Of a stretch of DNA of 64,000 nucleotides, positions 1 to 12,172 are shown in pieces (positions within the stretch are counted from its first letter, which is position 1; every line of letters starts with the position of its first letter). The notes below the pieces were generated by a model, which did not search any database, had not been told where the DNA came from, and saw nothing but the letters and a program-made list of their open reading frames with translations. The position numbers and the translations under genes were made by a program. The DNA is from Candidatus Aminicenantales bacterium (GTDB lineage: Bacteria > Acidobacteriota > Aminicenantia > Aminicenantales > UBA4085). The DNA lies in NCBI GenBank assembly GCA_049515535.1, contig JBEKTZ010000007.1, forward strand, positions 62,001 through 126,000, written 5' to 3'.

Positions 1-1
1 G

Positions 2-598
2 TCTATCACTTTTGAAACGACGGAGAGGAGTTCGCTTCCTCCGCCCAATCAGATCCTCAAGGTCCGCAACGGCGGGGGACAGGTCCTGAGATATTCGGTC
101 AACGCCTCTCAGGATTGGATCGCGGTCAACCCTAACGCCGGAAACTCGTGGGCTTCCTGGACGGACGTGACCGTCTCCATTACTGCCGGAAACTCGATTG
201 CCGGGACCTATAATGGGACGATCAAAGTCGAATCCTCGACGGCTTCCAACGGTTCGATCCAGATTCCCGTCCAGTATCTGGTCAAAGAAGCCCCTCTCTA
301 CATGCCTCTGAATTTCGCGGGGACGAGGATGGGGGGGGCCTACTCCACCTCGAGACAGGACGCCATCATCCTGACCTGGCAGGCCAATGGGCTCAACGCG
401 AACGTGACGAAATACCGCCTTTATGTTTATAACAATCTCGGGGCCCGGACCAAGATCGGCGAGACGGCTCCTTCAACGCTCAGGTTCGAGTTCTACCCGG
501 CCGACAAAAACAAGAGCTATAAGTTCGACGTCGCTGCCGTCAACGACCATGGCCGGGAGGGAGAATCGGCGGCGACGACCGTGGCCAAGAACTTCTAG
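2..598 (+). CDS. Partial (5'-truncated) secreted-type protein: BACON-like Ig domain plus C-terminal FN3-like domain
   Basis: Frame is open from base 2 (SITFETTERSSLPPPNQILKVRNGGGQVLRYSVNASQDWIAVNP...), typical of BACON-type domains. The C-terminus (LTWQAN...YRLY...VAAVN..GREG) is FN3-like. Confidence 0.7.
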   Translation, partial: SITFETTERSSLPPPNQILKVRNGGGQVLRYSVNASQDWIAVNPNAGNSWASWTDVTVSITAGNSIAGTYNGTIKVESSTASNGSIQIPVQYLVKEAPLYMPLNFAGTRMGGAYSTSRQDAIILTWQANGLNANVTKYRLYVYNNLGARTKIGETAPSTLRFEFYPADKNKSYKFDVAAVNDHGREGESAATTVAKNF

Positions 599-651
599 CC
601 GCAGCTGAACCAGAATCATGGCCGTGATGTTCCGGTCGGCGGGGATCTGAA

Positions 652-681
652 TTGACATTTCCGCCGGAAAACTGATAGACT
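652..681 (+). promoter_or_regulatory. sigma70-type promoter for accD
   Basis: TTGACA (652-657), 18-nt spacer, extended -10 TGnTAGACT (673-681), ATG at 694. Confidence 0.55.
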
Positions 682-693
682 TTTTGAACGCTC

Positions 694-1488
694 ATGAACG
701 AAAATCTTTGGACGCGCTGCAACAACTGCCAGAAGATCCTTTATAAAGAGGACATCCTCGAGAACTTTTCCGTCTGCCCGGCCTGCGGTTTTCATTTCCG
801 TCTGTCCGCCTCCGAGCGTCTGGCGATGCTCTTCGACGAAGGCCGTTTCGAGATCGTGGACCACGGCATTTTCCCGCTCGATCCGCTCAAATTCGTCGAC
901 AGCCAGAGCTACGCCAAGCGACTCCTGGATAACCAGAAAAAAACGTTCCTTCCTGAAGCCGTCGTCAACGCCGTGGGGACCATGGGAGGCATCAAAGTCG
1001 TCATGGCCGCCCTGGATTTCGCTTTCATGGGTGGAAGCATGGGCTCGGTCGTCGGCGAAAAAATTACCCGGGCCGCCGAACGGGCGCTCAAGGAAAAAAT
1101 GCCGCTCATCATCGTCTCGGTCTCCGGAGGCGCCCGCATGCAAGAAGGGGCGCTGTCGCTGATGCAGATGGCGAAATCGAGCGCGGCCCTCGCCCGCCTG
1201 GAGGGGGCCGGCCTGCCGTTCATCTCGGTTCTCGCCGATCCGACGACCGGAGGAGTGACCGCGAGTTTCTCCATGTTGGGGGATATCAACATCGCCGAGC
1301 CGAACGCCCTGATCGGCTTCGCCGGCCCCCGCGTGATCGAACAGACGATCAAGGAAAAATTGCCGAAAGGATTTCAGCGGTCGGAATTCCTGCTCAAACA
1401 CGGTATGCTCGACGACGTCGTGCCGAGAAAAAACCTCAAAACGTATATCGTCCGGGCGATCCGGCTGTTCCTCAACCGGGAGCAATGA
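694..1488 (+). CDS. accD: Acetyl-CoA carboxylase carboxyltransferase beta subunit
   Basis: N-terminal C4 zinc finger (CNNC..CPAC) and motifs FMGGSMGSVVGEK, SGGARMQEG, PTTGGVTASF, GFAGPRVIEQT. Confidence 0.97.
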   Translation: MNENLWTRCNNCQKILYKEDILENFSVCPACGFHFRLSASERLAMLFDEGRFEIVDHGIFPLDPLKFVDSQSYAKRLLDNQKKTFLPEAVVNAVGTMGGIKVVMAALDFAFMGGSMGSVVGEKITRAAERALKEKMPLIIVSVSGGARMQEGALSLMQMAKSSAALARLEGAGLPFISVLADPTTGGVTASFSMLGDINIAEPNALIGFAGPRVIEQTIKEKLPKGFQRSEFLLKHGMLDDVVPRKNLKTYIVRAIRLFLNREQ

Positions 1489-2780
1489 ACTCTTCGCGGT
1501 GCCGATCCTATCTTCAGGATCTCCAGCGTTTCGGCATCAAGCTCGGCCTCGAAAACATCTCCGCCGTCTTGTCTTCCTTTCATCATCCGCAGCGCTCTTT
1601 CCCTTCCGTTCACGTGGCGGGAACGAACGGCAAAGGGTCCGTCTGCGCGATGCTGGCGGAAATCCTGTCCCGTCACGGCCTGAAGGTCGGCCTATACACG
1701 TCACCCCACCTCGTCAGGGTCGAAGAGCGCATCCGGGTCGGGGGCCGGTTGATCCCTCAAAAAGATTTTTGCCGGCTGACCGGCGTCGTCAAAAGGAGGA
1801 TCGAACGCCTCTTGGCCCAAGGGAAGCTGGGCGCGCCCCCCACGTTTTTCGAGGTGCTGACCGTCATCGCTTTTCTCCATTTCCGGGAGAGGGAAGTCGA
1901 TATCGTCGTGCTCGAAACCGGGATAGGCGGGCGATTTGACGCGACGAACGTCGTGACGCCGCTTGTGTCCGTCATCACCAACATCTCCAGCGACCACCGG
2001 GAACATCTGGGGACCACGCTGAAGCAAATCGCGTTCGAGAAGGCGGGGATCATCAAGCCGGGCGTTCCCGTCGTCAGCGGGATAGAACGCGGAGTCGCTT
2101 TTCGGGTCATCCGAGCGCGCGCGATCGAAGAAAAGGCCCCCGTCTTCTTCCCGTACGGCAGGGACGGCCGCTTGACCGCGGAGAAAAGACGAGGGCGATA
2201 CGTTTTTCGTTTTCGGCACGACGGCGAAACGTTCCGTTTTTCGCCCGGGCTTCGCGGAGAGCATCAAGGAACGAACGCCGGCGTCGCCATCACCGCGGCG
2301 AGCGTTCTCGACCGGACGTGGAGACCGCTCGAGAAAAAAAAGATCATCGAGGGCGTCGAGAGGGTCGAATGGCAAGGACGCTTGGAGACCTTTTCACGAA
2401 ATCCCCTGGTCCTCCTCGACGGCGCCCATAACGAAGCCGGCGCGGCCGCCCTCAAAAAATATATCGAGGATTTTTGCCGCCGGCCTCTCGTTATTGTTTT
2501 TGCCATGATGAAAGACAAGGCCGTCAAGCGCTTCGCCACCCTTGTCTTTCCCCTCGCCCGAGAAGTGATCCTGACGTCCATGCCCTATCCCCGCGCCGCG
2601 ACGCCGGCCGAAGCCCTGAGTCTTGTCCGGCCGTTCGGGCGGGAGTTTGTGATCGAACCTTCCTTGAAAAAGGCCGTGGCGCTGGCTCGGACCGTGGCCG
2701 GTCGCCGCGGCACGGTCCTCATCACGGGTTCGCTTTTTTTAGTCGGGGAAGCGAAGAAGCAGAGACTCGGCGGAGGGTGA
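1485..2780 (+). CDS. folC: Dihydrofolate/folylpolyglutamate synthase
   Basis: HVAGTNGKGS, YTSPHL, ETGIGGRFDATN, DGAHN, GSLFLVG; classic accD-folC order. Confidence 0.96.
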   Translation: MNSSRCRSYLQDLQRFGIKLGLENISAVLSSFHHPQRSFPSVHVAGTNGKGSVCAMLAEILSRHGLKVGLYTSPHLVRVEERIRVGGRLIPQKDFCRLTGVVKRRIERLLAQGKLGAPPTFFEVLTVIAFLHFREREVDIVVLETGIGGRFDATNVVTPLVSVITNISSDHREHLGTTLKQIAFEKAGIIKPGVPVVSGIERGVAFRVIRARAIEEKAPVFFPYGRDGRLTAEKRRGRYVFRFRHDGETFRFSPGLRGEHQGTNAGVAITAASVLDRTWRPLEKKKIIEGVERVEWQGRLETFSRNPLVLLDGAHNEAGAAALKKYIEDFCRRPLVIVFAMMKDKAVKRFATLVFPLAREVILTSMPYPRAATPAEALSLVRPFGREFVIEPSLKKAVALARTVAGRRGTVLITGSLFLVGEAKKQRLGGG

Positions 2781-2910
2781 GGAGGCCATAAGGAGGCGAG
2801 CGCCTCATTTCATTATTCACGGAGCATTTATGTATTTGCGAGGGCTGGTTGGCGGCAAAAACCGTCTGAGCGGCGAGCGAGCACGGACCCGCTTTATTAT
2901 TTATAGCGAA

Positions 2911-3043
2911 GGGGCAGAGGGTAAGGAGGCCATAAGGAGGCGAGCGGGCACGGACCTGCTTCGCCTAACGAAGCAGGGAGCGAGCCGACGCCAGAGCCGG
3001 GTTCCTCGCCGGGGAAACCGGCGTGCCGACGGCCCTCTGCCCC
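2911..3043. repeat. Nested palindromic intergenic element, with a partial second copy at 2773-2802
   Basis: Outer inverted repeat GGGGCAGAGGG...CCCTCTGCCCC; inner hairpin CCTGCTTCG-cctaa-CGAAGCAGG; the 30-mer at 2917-2946 recurs at 2773-2802 with one mismatch. Confidence 0.6.
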
Positions 3044-3115
3044 AAGCGTGGCTTGAGTTTTTGCCCCAAAAATGCTATTTTTAGCCCTTAGCGTAGAGGT
3101 CTAGATAGCTATCCT

Positions 3116-3532
3116 ATGCTTCAAATCGACGCGACGTTTATAGTCATCTTTTTTGTCGTCTGGATTCTCGTTTTCATCCTGTCGAGGGTCTTCTGGAAGC
3201 CCATGGTCAAAGTCGTGCGAGACCGGGAATCCCAAGTCAGGGGAGATAAGGAATCTTTTGAGAAGAGCACCGAGGCCTGCAAACTCGGCCTCCTGGAAAT
3301 CGACAAGACCTTGACATCCGCACGGGCCGCCGCGGAAAAAGCGCGCGATGGCATCGAAATCGAAGCCTTGAAAGAGAAGTCCCGGATTATCGCTGAAGCC
3401 GGCTCCCGGGCCAAGGATGAAATCGAAAAAGCGAAGGCCGAGCTCCAAGCGGAAATCTTCCGTCTCAAACGGGAACTGGAAATCGAGGCGGAACGCTTGG
3501 CCGGCCGGATCGAGCAGAGGCTTTTGAACTGA
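3116..3532 (+). CDS. atpF: F0 ATP synthase subunit b' (peripheral stalk)
   Basis: N-terminal TM helix, FWKPM..V..R motif, coiled coil; first gene of the atp operon. Confidence 0.85.
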   Translation: MLQIDATFIVIFFVVWILVFILSRVFWKPMVKVVRDRESQVRGDKESFEKSTEACKLGLLEIDKTLTSARAAAEKARDGIEIEALKEKSRIIAEAGSRAKDEIEKAKAELQAEIFRLKRELEIEAERLAGRIEQRLLN

Positions 3533-4113
3533 TGCCGGGCAAAAAGCCGGTCCTGGCCGTTCTTCTGGTCATTCCGTTAATCCTGAACATGACCGCCGGA
3601 GAAGGATCGAAGGCCTCCGGCGCGGGCGAGATGATCGGCAAAATCATCAACTTCGCCGTCCTGTTCGGCGGCCTGTTCTTCATTCTGCGCAAACCCCTCC
3701 GCGATTACCTGGCCAAGCGGACCAGGGACATTCAATCGGCCCTGACCGAAGCCCGCGATGCCCGGCTTGAAGCGGAGCGGAAACTCGATGACATACGGCA
3801 AAGAATCGCCCGCCTTGAGGACGAAGCGGCGCGATTGAGGAAGGATGCCGAACTCGAAGGACTGAAGGAAAAGGAGCGGATCGAGGCCCTGGCCGAAAAA
3901 GAGGCGGGGCGGATCCGGTCATTCACCCGGCAGGAGATCGAGTCGCAGCTCAAAGCGGGGATCCAGGAACTCAAGGAATTTACGACGGAGAAAGCGGCCT
4001 CTCTGGCGGAGGCCGGCCTCAAGGACAAAATCACAAAAGAGGGCCAGTCGGTCCTCATCGATAAGTCCATCGAAAAGCTGGCGGACCTATATGAGAAATC
4101 AAGTTCTGGTTAG
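3532..4113 (+). CDS. atpF: F0 ATP synthase subunit b
   Basis: INFAVLFGGLFFILRKPLRDYLAKR followed by coiled coil. Confidence 0.88.
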   Translation: MPGKKPVLAVLLVIPLILNMTAGEGSKASGAGEMIGKIINFAVLFGGLFFILRKPLRDYLAKRTRDIQSALTEARDARLEAERKLDDIRQRIARLEDEAARLRKDAELEGLKEKERIEALAEKEAGRIRSFTRQEIESQLKAGIQELKEFTTEKAASLAEAGLKDKITKEGQSVLIDKSIEKLADLYEKSSSG

Positions 4114-4633
4114 GCGCTATGCCGAGGGCCTGGCCGGGGCCCTTAAATCCATGGAGGAATACAACGCGGTGCGCCGAGAGTTGGCCGAATTCTCGGACCT
4201 TCTCGAAACGAACGCGAATCTCCGGGAGGCGCTCCTCCGCCCTTTCCTTCCCGCGGAAAAAAAGACAAGGATCGTTCAGGACGTCCTTGACCGGCAATCC
4301 TGCCTGGAAAAGACGCGGCGCTTCATCAATCTTCTTCTCCGGCACCGGCGGATGGAGATCCTGTCTCCGGTCCTCCGGGACCTCCCTTCCCTGTGGAACG
4401 AGCATCAGGGCGTCGTCTCGTTCGAGATCCGCTCGGTGGTTCCCGTCGAGGACGGCCAGAGAATCAAACTCGAGGCGGAGCTCCGGAAGCTCGAAGGACG
4501 TCCGGTTTCATGCACTTATGTCCTCGACCCGGGGATCGTCGGCGGGCTTTACATCAAAAAGGGAAACATGGTCTACGATGTCTCCCTCAAGGGGCAGCTG
4601 GAGCGATTGAAGGAAATCATCAGGGAAAGGTAG
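4091..4633 (+). CDS. atpH: F1 ATP synthase delta subunit
   Basis: RRYAEGL, DPGIVGG....G..VYDVSLKGQL. Confidence 0.93.
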   Translation: MRNQVLVRRYAEGLAGALKSMEEYNAVRRELAEFSDLLETNANLREALLRPFLPAEKKTRIVQDVLDRQSCLEKTRRFINLLLRHRRMEILSPVLRDLPSLWNEHQGVVSFEIRSVVPVEDGQRIKLEAELRKLEGRPVSCTYVLDPGIVGGLYIKKGNMVYDVSLKGQLERLKEIIRER

Positions 4634-4639
4634 AACGCC

Positions 4640-6156
<1,517 letters not shown>

Positions 6157-6157
<1 letters not shown>

Positions 6158-7023
6158 TGGCCACCCTCCTCGACCTTCGTCGCCGGATCAAAAGCGTGAA
6201 AAACACGGAGCAGATCACCAAGGCGATGAAGACCGTCTCGACGGCCAAGTTCAAAAAGGCGCAGCGCGGCCTTTTCGAAGGCCGGCCGCTCTGGCATGCC
6301 GCGCCGGACCTCCTGGCCAGGATATCGCGATGGGCCGGGGCCCGCGCTCATCCCCTGTTCGCCGTCCGGGCCGAAAAGACGATCCACGTCATCGTCATCA
6401 CTTCGGACAAGGGGCTGTGCGGCGCGTTCAACTCGAACCTCCTCTCCCGGACACTGGAATTCGCGGAAGCCAAATCCGGATCGTGCCGCGTCCGCCTCGC
6501 CCTCGCCGGCAGGAAGGCGGCGCATTTCTTCAAGAAATATCCTTTTCCCGTGGATTGGGCGTACATCGGAAAGGTGGACAAGCTCGGCCCGGCGGATATC
6601 GGACAGCTCGCCCGGCTCGTGACGCGACTCTACGCGTTCATGGAGACGGACGGCGTTTACATCGCCTACAACGAGTTCAAGTCCGTGCTCGCGCCGCGCA
6701 TTTCGATCGCGAAGGTCCTTCCCATTGTTCCGGACCCCGGCGTTCCGGCGCCGCCCGAGGCCGGGGCTCCGGATTGGGAGCCGGCCGGGACCGTCCTTTT
6801 CGAGAGCCTTGTCCCCCGCTACGTCGAAGACCAGATCAGCCACGCCTTCTTCGAGTCCCGGGCCGCGGAACAGGCGGCCCGGATGATGGCGATGGACAAT
6901 GCCTCGAAGAACGCCGAGGAGCTGATCGGCGGCCTCGTCCTCGTCCTGAACAAGATCCGTCAGGCGGAGATCACCGGGGAGCTGCTCGAAATCATGACCG
7001 CCGTGGAAGCCTTGAAAAAATGA
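6157..7023 (+). CDS. atpG: F1 ATP synthase gamma subunit
   Basis: ITKAMK, TSDKGLCGAFN, ARMMAMDNASKNA, RQAEITGEL. Confidence 0.98.
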
Positions 7024-7041
7024 AAACCGCGTTTGGAGTGA

Positions 7042-8750
<1,709 letters not shown>

Positions 8751-8760
8751 CGGGACGCCG

Positions 8761-9507
8761 ATGATAAATGTCCCCTGTTTTGAAGACGAGACTCTGGATA
8801 CGTTTTACCGGGGCCGCGTCCTGGTTCTCCAGAAAAAGCGGGGCTACCGCTTCGCCGTCGACGCCCCGCTCCTTGCCGATTTCATCCGGACGCGGCCGGC
8901 GGACGAGCTGCTGGAGCTGGGCACGGGGAGCGGAATCATCGCCCTGCTGCTTGGCGTCAAATCTTTCAACCATATCACGGCGATCGAGATCCAGGCCGGC
9001 CTTGCGGACCTGGCCCGGAGAAACATGGTCGCGAACCGGCGGGAGGGAAAGATCACGGTCGTTCAGGGTGATTTCCGGGAATACAGCCGCCGGAAAAAAT
9101 TCGACGTCGTCTTTTCCAATCCTCCGTATATCGGGAAAAAGGCCGGATTTTTGAGCGCGACGCCCGAAAAATCCGTTGCAAAACACGAGTTAAAATGCGA
9201 TATTCATGAGGTTATGCGCGCGACGGCCAAGCTGCTGAAAAAGAACGGGCGGGCGTATTTCGTCTATCCGGCCAAGCGCCGGGATGACCTGCGGAATGCC
9301 GCCGAATCGAGCGGTCTGGGGCTCAAGACGCTGCGGTTCGTCCTCCCGCGAAAGGGAGCGGAGGCCAATCTTTTTCTGGCGGAATGCCGGTTCGGCGCGC
9401 GGAAAACCCGCGTCGAGCCGCCTCTTGTTCTTTATGATGCCCGGGGCGGGCAGACCCGGGAAGCGCGCCTGATCTTCGAAGGGAGAAGCCGTGGCCCGTC
9501 TCTATAA
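8761..9507 (+). CDS. tRNA1(Val) A37 N6-methyltransferase family (YfiC/TrmN6-like)
   Basis: QKKRGYRFAVDAPLLADF, ELGTGSG, NPPY, AKHE. Confidence 0.85.
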   Translation: MINVPCFEDETLDTFYRGRVLVLQKKRGYRFAVDAPLLADFIRTRPADELLELGTGSGIIALLLGVKSFNHITAIEIQAGLADLARRNMVANRREGKITVVQGDFREYSRRKKFDVVFSNPPYIGKKAGFLSATPEKSVAKHELKCDIHEVMRATAKLLKKNGRAYFVYPAKRRDDLRNAAESSGLGLKTLRFVLPRKGAEANLFLAECRFGARKTRVEPPLVLYDARGGQTREARLIFEGRSRGPSL

Positions 9508-10309
9508 GAATCTCGGAGAGCTCTATAAATACCGCGTGCTGCTCCAGAATCTCGTGAGCCGCGAGCTCAAGGCCCGCTACAGGGGGACTGTCCTTGGATT
9601 CCTCTGGTCGTTTTTCAATCCGCTCCTCCTGATGTGCGTTTACACCATCGTCTTCGGCTTCATTCTCAAGCCGAAGGACCCCGCCTTCGACAGCTCCCCC
9701 TGGTTTTACGCCCTCTTTCTTTTCTGCGGGATCCTGCCCTGGGTCTGGTTCTCGTCTTCATCCATCGAAGCGGCCAATACCCTGATGATCAACGGCAACC
9801 TGATCAAGAAGATCCTTTTTCCGGCCGAGATCCTGCCCATCGTCACCGTGACCAGCAATTTCATCCATTTCAGCCTCGGCCTTCCCATTCTCCTGATCTT
9901 CATCTTCGTTTTCGGCAAGACGCTGACCTGGTACGCTCTTTGCCTGCCCGTCGTCATCCTCGTCCAGTACGTTTTTTCCATCGGATTCAGCTTTTTGATT
10001 TCGGCCCTCACGGTCCATTTCCGGGACATCAAGGACATCCTGGGAAACCTCCTGACGTTCTGGTTCTTCACGACGCCGATCGTCTATTCCCTGAATTCTC
10101 CTCCCATCCAGCAGCATCAGACGCTCAGGACGATCCTCAGCCTCAACCCCATGACCCATATCATGAATGGATACCATGATTGCCTTTTTTACGGGCGCAT
10201 GATCGATTGGCGATCCCTGGGCATTACTTTCGGCGTATCGCTCGTGCTCTTCTATTGCGGCTACGCGGTGTTCGACCGGCTGCGCGATTCGTTCCCGGAG
10301 GAAGTCTGA
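9491..10309 (+). CDS. wzm: Polysaccharide ABC exporter permease
   Basis: RELKARYRGTVLGFLWSFFNPLL, FRDI, TPIVY, LNPM. Confidence 0.9.
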   Translation: MARLYKNLGELYKYRVLLQNLVSRELKARYRGTVLGFLWSFFNPLLLMCVYTIVFGFILKPKDPAFDSSPWFYALFLFCGILPWVWFSSSSIEAANTLMINGNLIKKILFPAEILPIVTVTSNFIHFSLGLPILLIFIFVFGKTLTWYALCLPVVILVQYVFSIGFSFLISALTVHFRDIKDILGNLLTFWFFTTPIVYSLNSPPIQQHQTLRTILSLNPMTHIMNGYHDCLFYGRMIDWRSLGITFGVSLVLFYCGYAVFDRLRDSFPEEV

Positions 10310-11616
10310 TGGTCGCCATCGAGCTCGCCGATGTCACCCGGATTTATCAGAAATATTCGGCCCGGCACCGCTTCCAGACGTTCAAAAGCGCCCTGGTGAA
10401 AGGCGATTTGTTCCGGTCCCTGAAACCGGATGAGCTTGTCGTGGCCCTCGATGGCATCAGCCTCCAGGTGGAAAAAGGCATGACCTTCGGATTGATCGGC
10501 GAGAACGGCTCGGGCAAGAGCACGCTGCTCAAGATCGTCTCCGGCATCGCCAAGCCCTCCTCGGGCCGGCTCCGCGTGAACGGGAAGATCTCCGCCCTCA
10601 TCGAGCTCGGCGCCGGCTTTCATCCCGAGATTTCGGGCCGCGAAAACGTCTTTATCAACGGCATCATGCTCGGCTTATCCAAGAAGGAGATCACCCGGAA
10701 GTTCGACGAGATCGTCCGGTTCGCCGAGCTCGAGGAATTCATCGACGCGCCGGTGAAGACCTATTCCTCGGGCATGTACATGCGGCTCGGTTTTTCCATC
10801 GCCATCAACGTCAACCCCGAGATCCTGCTGATCGACGAGGTCCTGGCCGTGGGCGACGCGGCCTTCGTCCCGAAGTGCCTCGACCGCATCGACGACTTCC
10901 GCCGCCGCAAAAAGACGATTCTCTTCGTCAGCCACGACCTGGCGACCGTGTCCAAGATCTGCGACCGCGTGGTGTGGCTGAAGAACGGGAAAATCCAGAT
11001 GCTGGGCGAACCGAAGCGGGTTGTCGACGCCTACCTCCAGGATGTCGCCGTCCGGCAGGAGGAGGACTTCCAAGAGCGGCAGGACCAGGCCGTCGCGCCG
11101 ACGACGGAACCATCGCTGGAGCCCGAAGCGGTCCCCGACGCCGCGGAGGAGAAGCGCGAGCAGCGCTGGGGAAAACGGGAGATCGAGATCCGCAAGGTGA
11201 CGCTCAAAACGCTTCATGGAGAGGAAAAGCACGTCTTTCATCCCGAGGAAGGGATGATCATCGAAATGGATATCGCGGCCGTCGAGCCGGCCAAGGATTT
11301 TGTCTTCGGCATCGGGATCCTCAACTCCCAGGGCATATCCTGCTACGGGACGAACACGGATCTGGAGGATTTCGAGCCCGTCGCGATCAGCGGAGAGGGC
11401 AAGGCCGTCTGCCGGATCGAGCGGCTGGGCCTGATCAACGGGACGTATTACCTCGACGTGGCCGTTCACAAGCGCGACGGCTATCCCTACGATTATCACC
11501 GGAATTTCTATTCCTTCCTGGTCTCGTCGACGTTCCGGGACGTCGGCATCTCGCGCCTTCCCCACACGTGGGATTTTTCATCGAAGATCAGGTTCAAGCC
11601 GCCGGCCAGAGGCTGA
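10309..11616 (+). CDS. wzt: Polysaccharide ABC exporter ATPase with Wzt C-terminal domain
   Basis: GENGSGKST, YSSGMYMRLGF, DEVLAVGD; start ATG overlaps the wzm stop (TGATG). Confidence 0.9.
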   Translation: MVAIELADVTRIYQKYSARHRFQTFKSALVKGDLFRSLKPDELVVALDGISLQVEKGMTFGLIGENGSGKSTLLKIVSGIAKPSSGRLRVNGKISALIELGAGFHPEISGRENVFINGIMLGLSKKEITRKFDEIVRFAELEEFIDAPVKTYSSGMYMRLGFSIAINVNPEILLIDEVLAVGDAAFVPKCLDRIDDFRRRKKTILFVSHDLATVSKICDRVVWLKNGKIQMLGEPKRVVDAYLQDVAVRQEEDFQERQDQAVAPTTEPSLEPEAVPDAAEEKREQRWGKREIEIRKVTLKTLHGEEKHVFHPEEGMIIEMDIAAVEPAKDFVFGIGILNSQGISCYGTNTDLEDFEPVAISGEGKAVCRIERLGLINGTYYLDVAVHKRDGYPYDYHRNFYSFLVSSTFRDVGISRLPHTWDFSSKIRFKPPARG

Positions 11617-11658
11617 ACGTTTTATCGCGACATGCGGGAAACATGAGTCGGTAAGAAT

Positions 11659-12141
11659 ATGCCGCATTCCAAGGTGCAATCGCTCGCGGACCTCGTGAAA
11701 ATCCGCGCCCGGCTGCGCCGGGAAGGCCGGACCGTCGTTTTCACCAACGGCTGTTTCGACCTGATCCACGGCGGGCACATCGCCCTGTTCAAAAAAGCCA
11801 AGAGCTTCGGCGACGTCCTGATCGTCGCCCTGAATTCGGACGCTTCGATCCGGAAGCTCAAAGGGCCGTCGCGGCCCGTGTTCCCGCTCGCGGAAAGATT
11901 CGAGGTTCTCGCCGCCGTCGCGGATGTCGATTATCTGGCGTCGTTCTCCGAGGAAACGCCCCGGGCGATCATCGCCGCGCTTCTCCCGGACATCCTGATC
12001 AAAGGCGGCGATTGGGGCCCCGACGAGATTGTCGGCAGGGATGAGGTCGAAGCGGCCGGGGGCAGGATCGTCCGCGTGCCCTATCTCAAAGGCCATTCCA
12101 GCACGAATATCATCCGTAAGATCCTGCGGGTTTTCGCTTGA
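11659..12141 (+). CDS. rfaE2: D-glycero-beta-D-manno-heptose-1-phosphate adenylyltransferase (HldC/RfaE domain II)
   Basis: VFTNGCFDLIHGGH, LNSDASI..LKGPSRP, KGGDW, SSTNII. Confidence 0.9.
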   Translation: MPHSKVQSLADLVKIRARLRREGRTVVFTNGCFDLIHGGHIALFKKAKSFGDVLIVALNSDASIRKLKGPSRPVFPLAERFEVLAAVADVDYLASFSEETPRAIIAALLPDILIKGGDWGPDEIVGRDEVEAAGGRIVRVPYLKGHSSTNIIRKILRVFA

Positions 12142-12172
12142 ATCCCCGTCGGGAAATCCATACAATTTGCCC

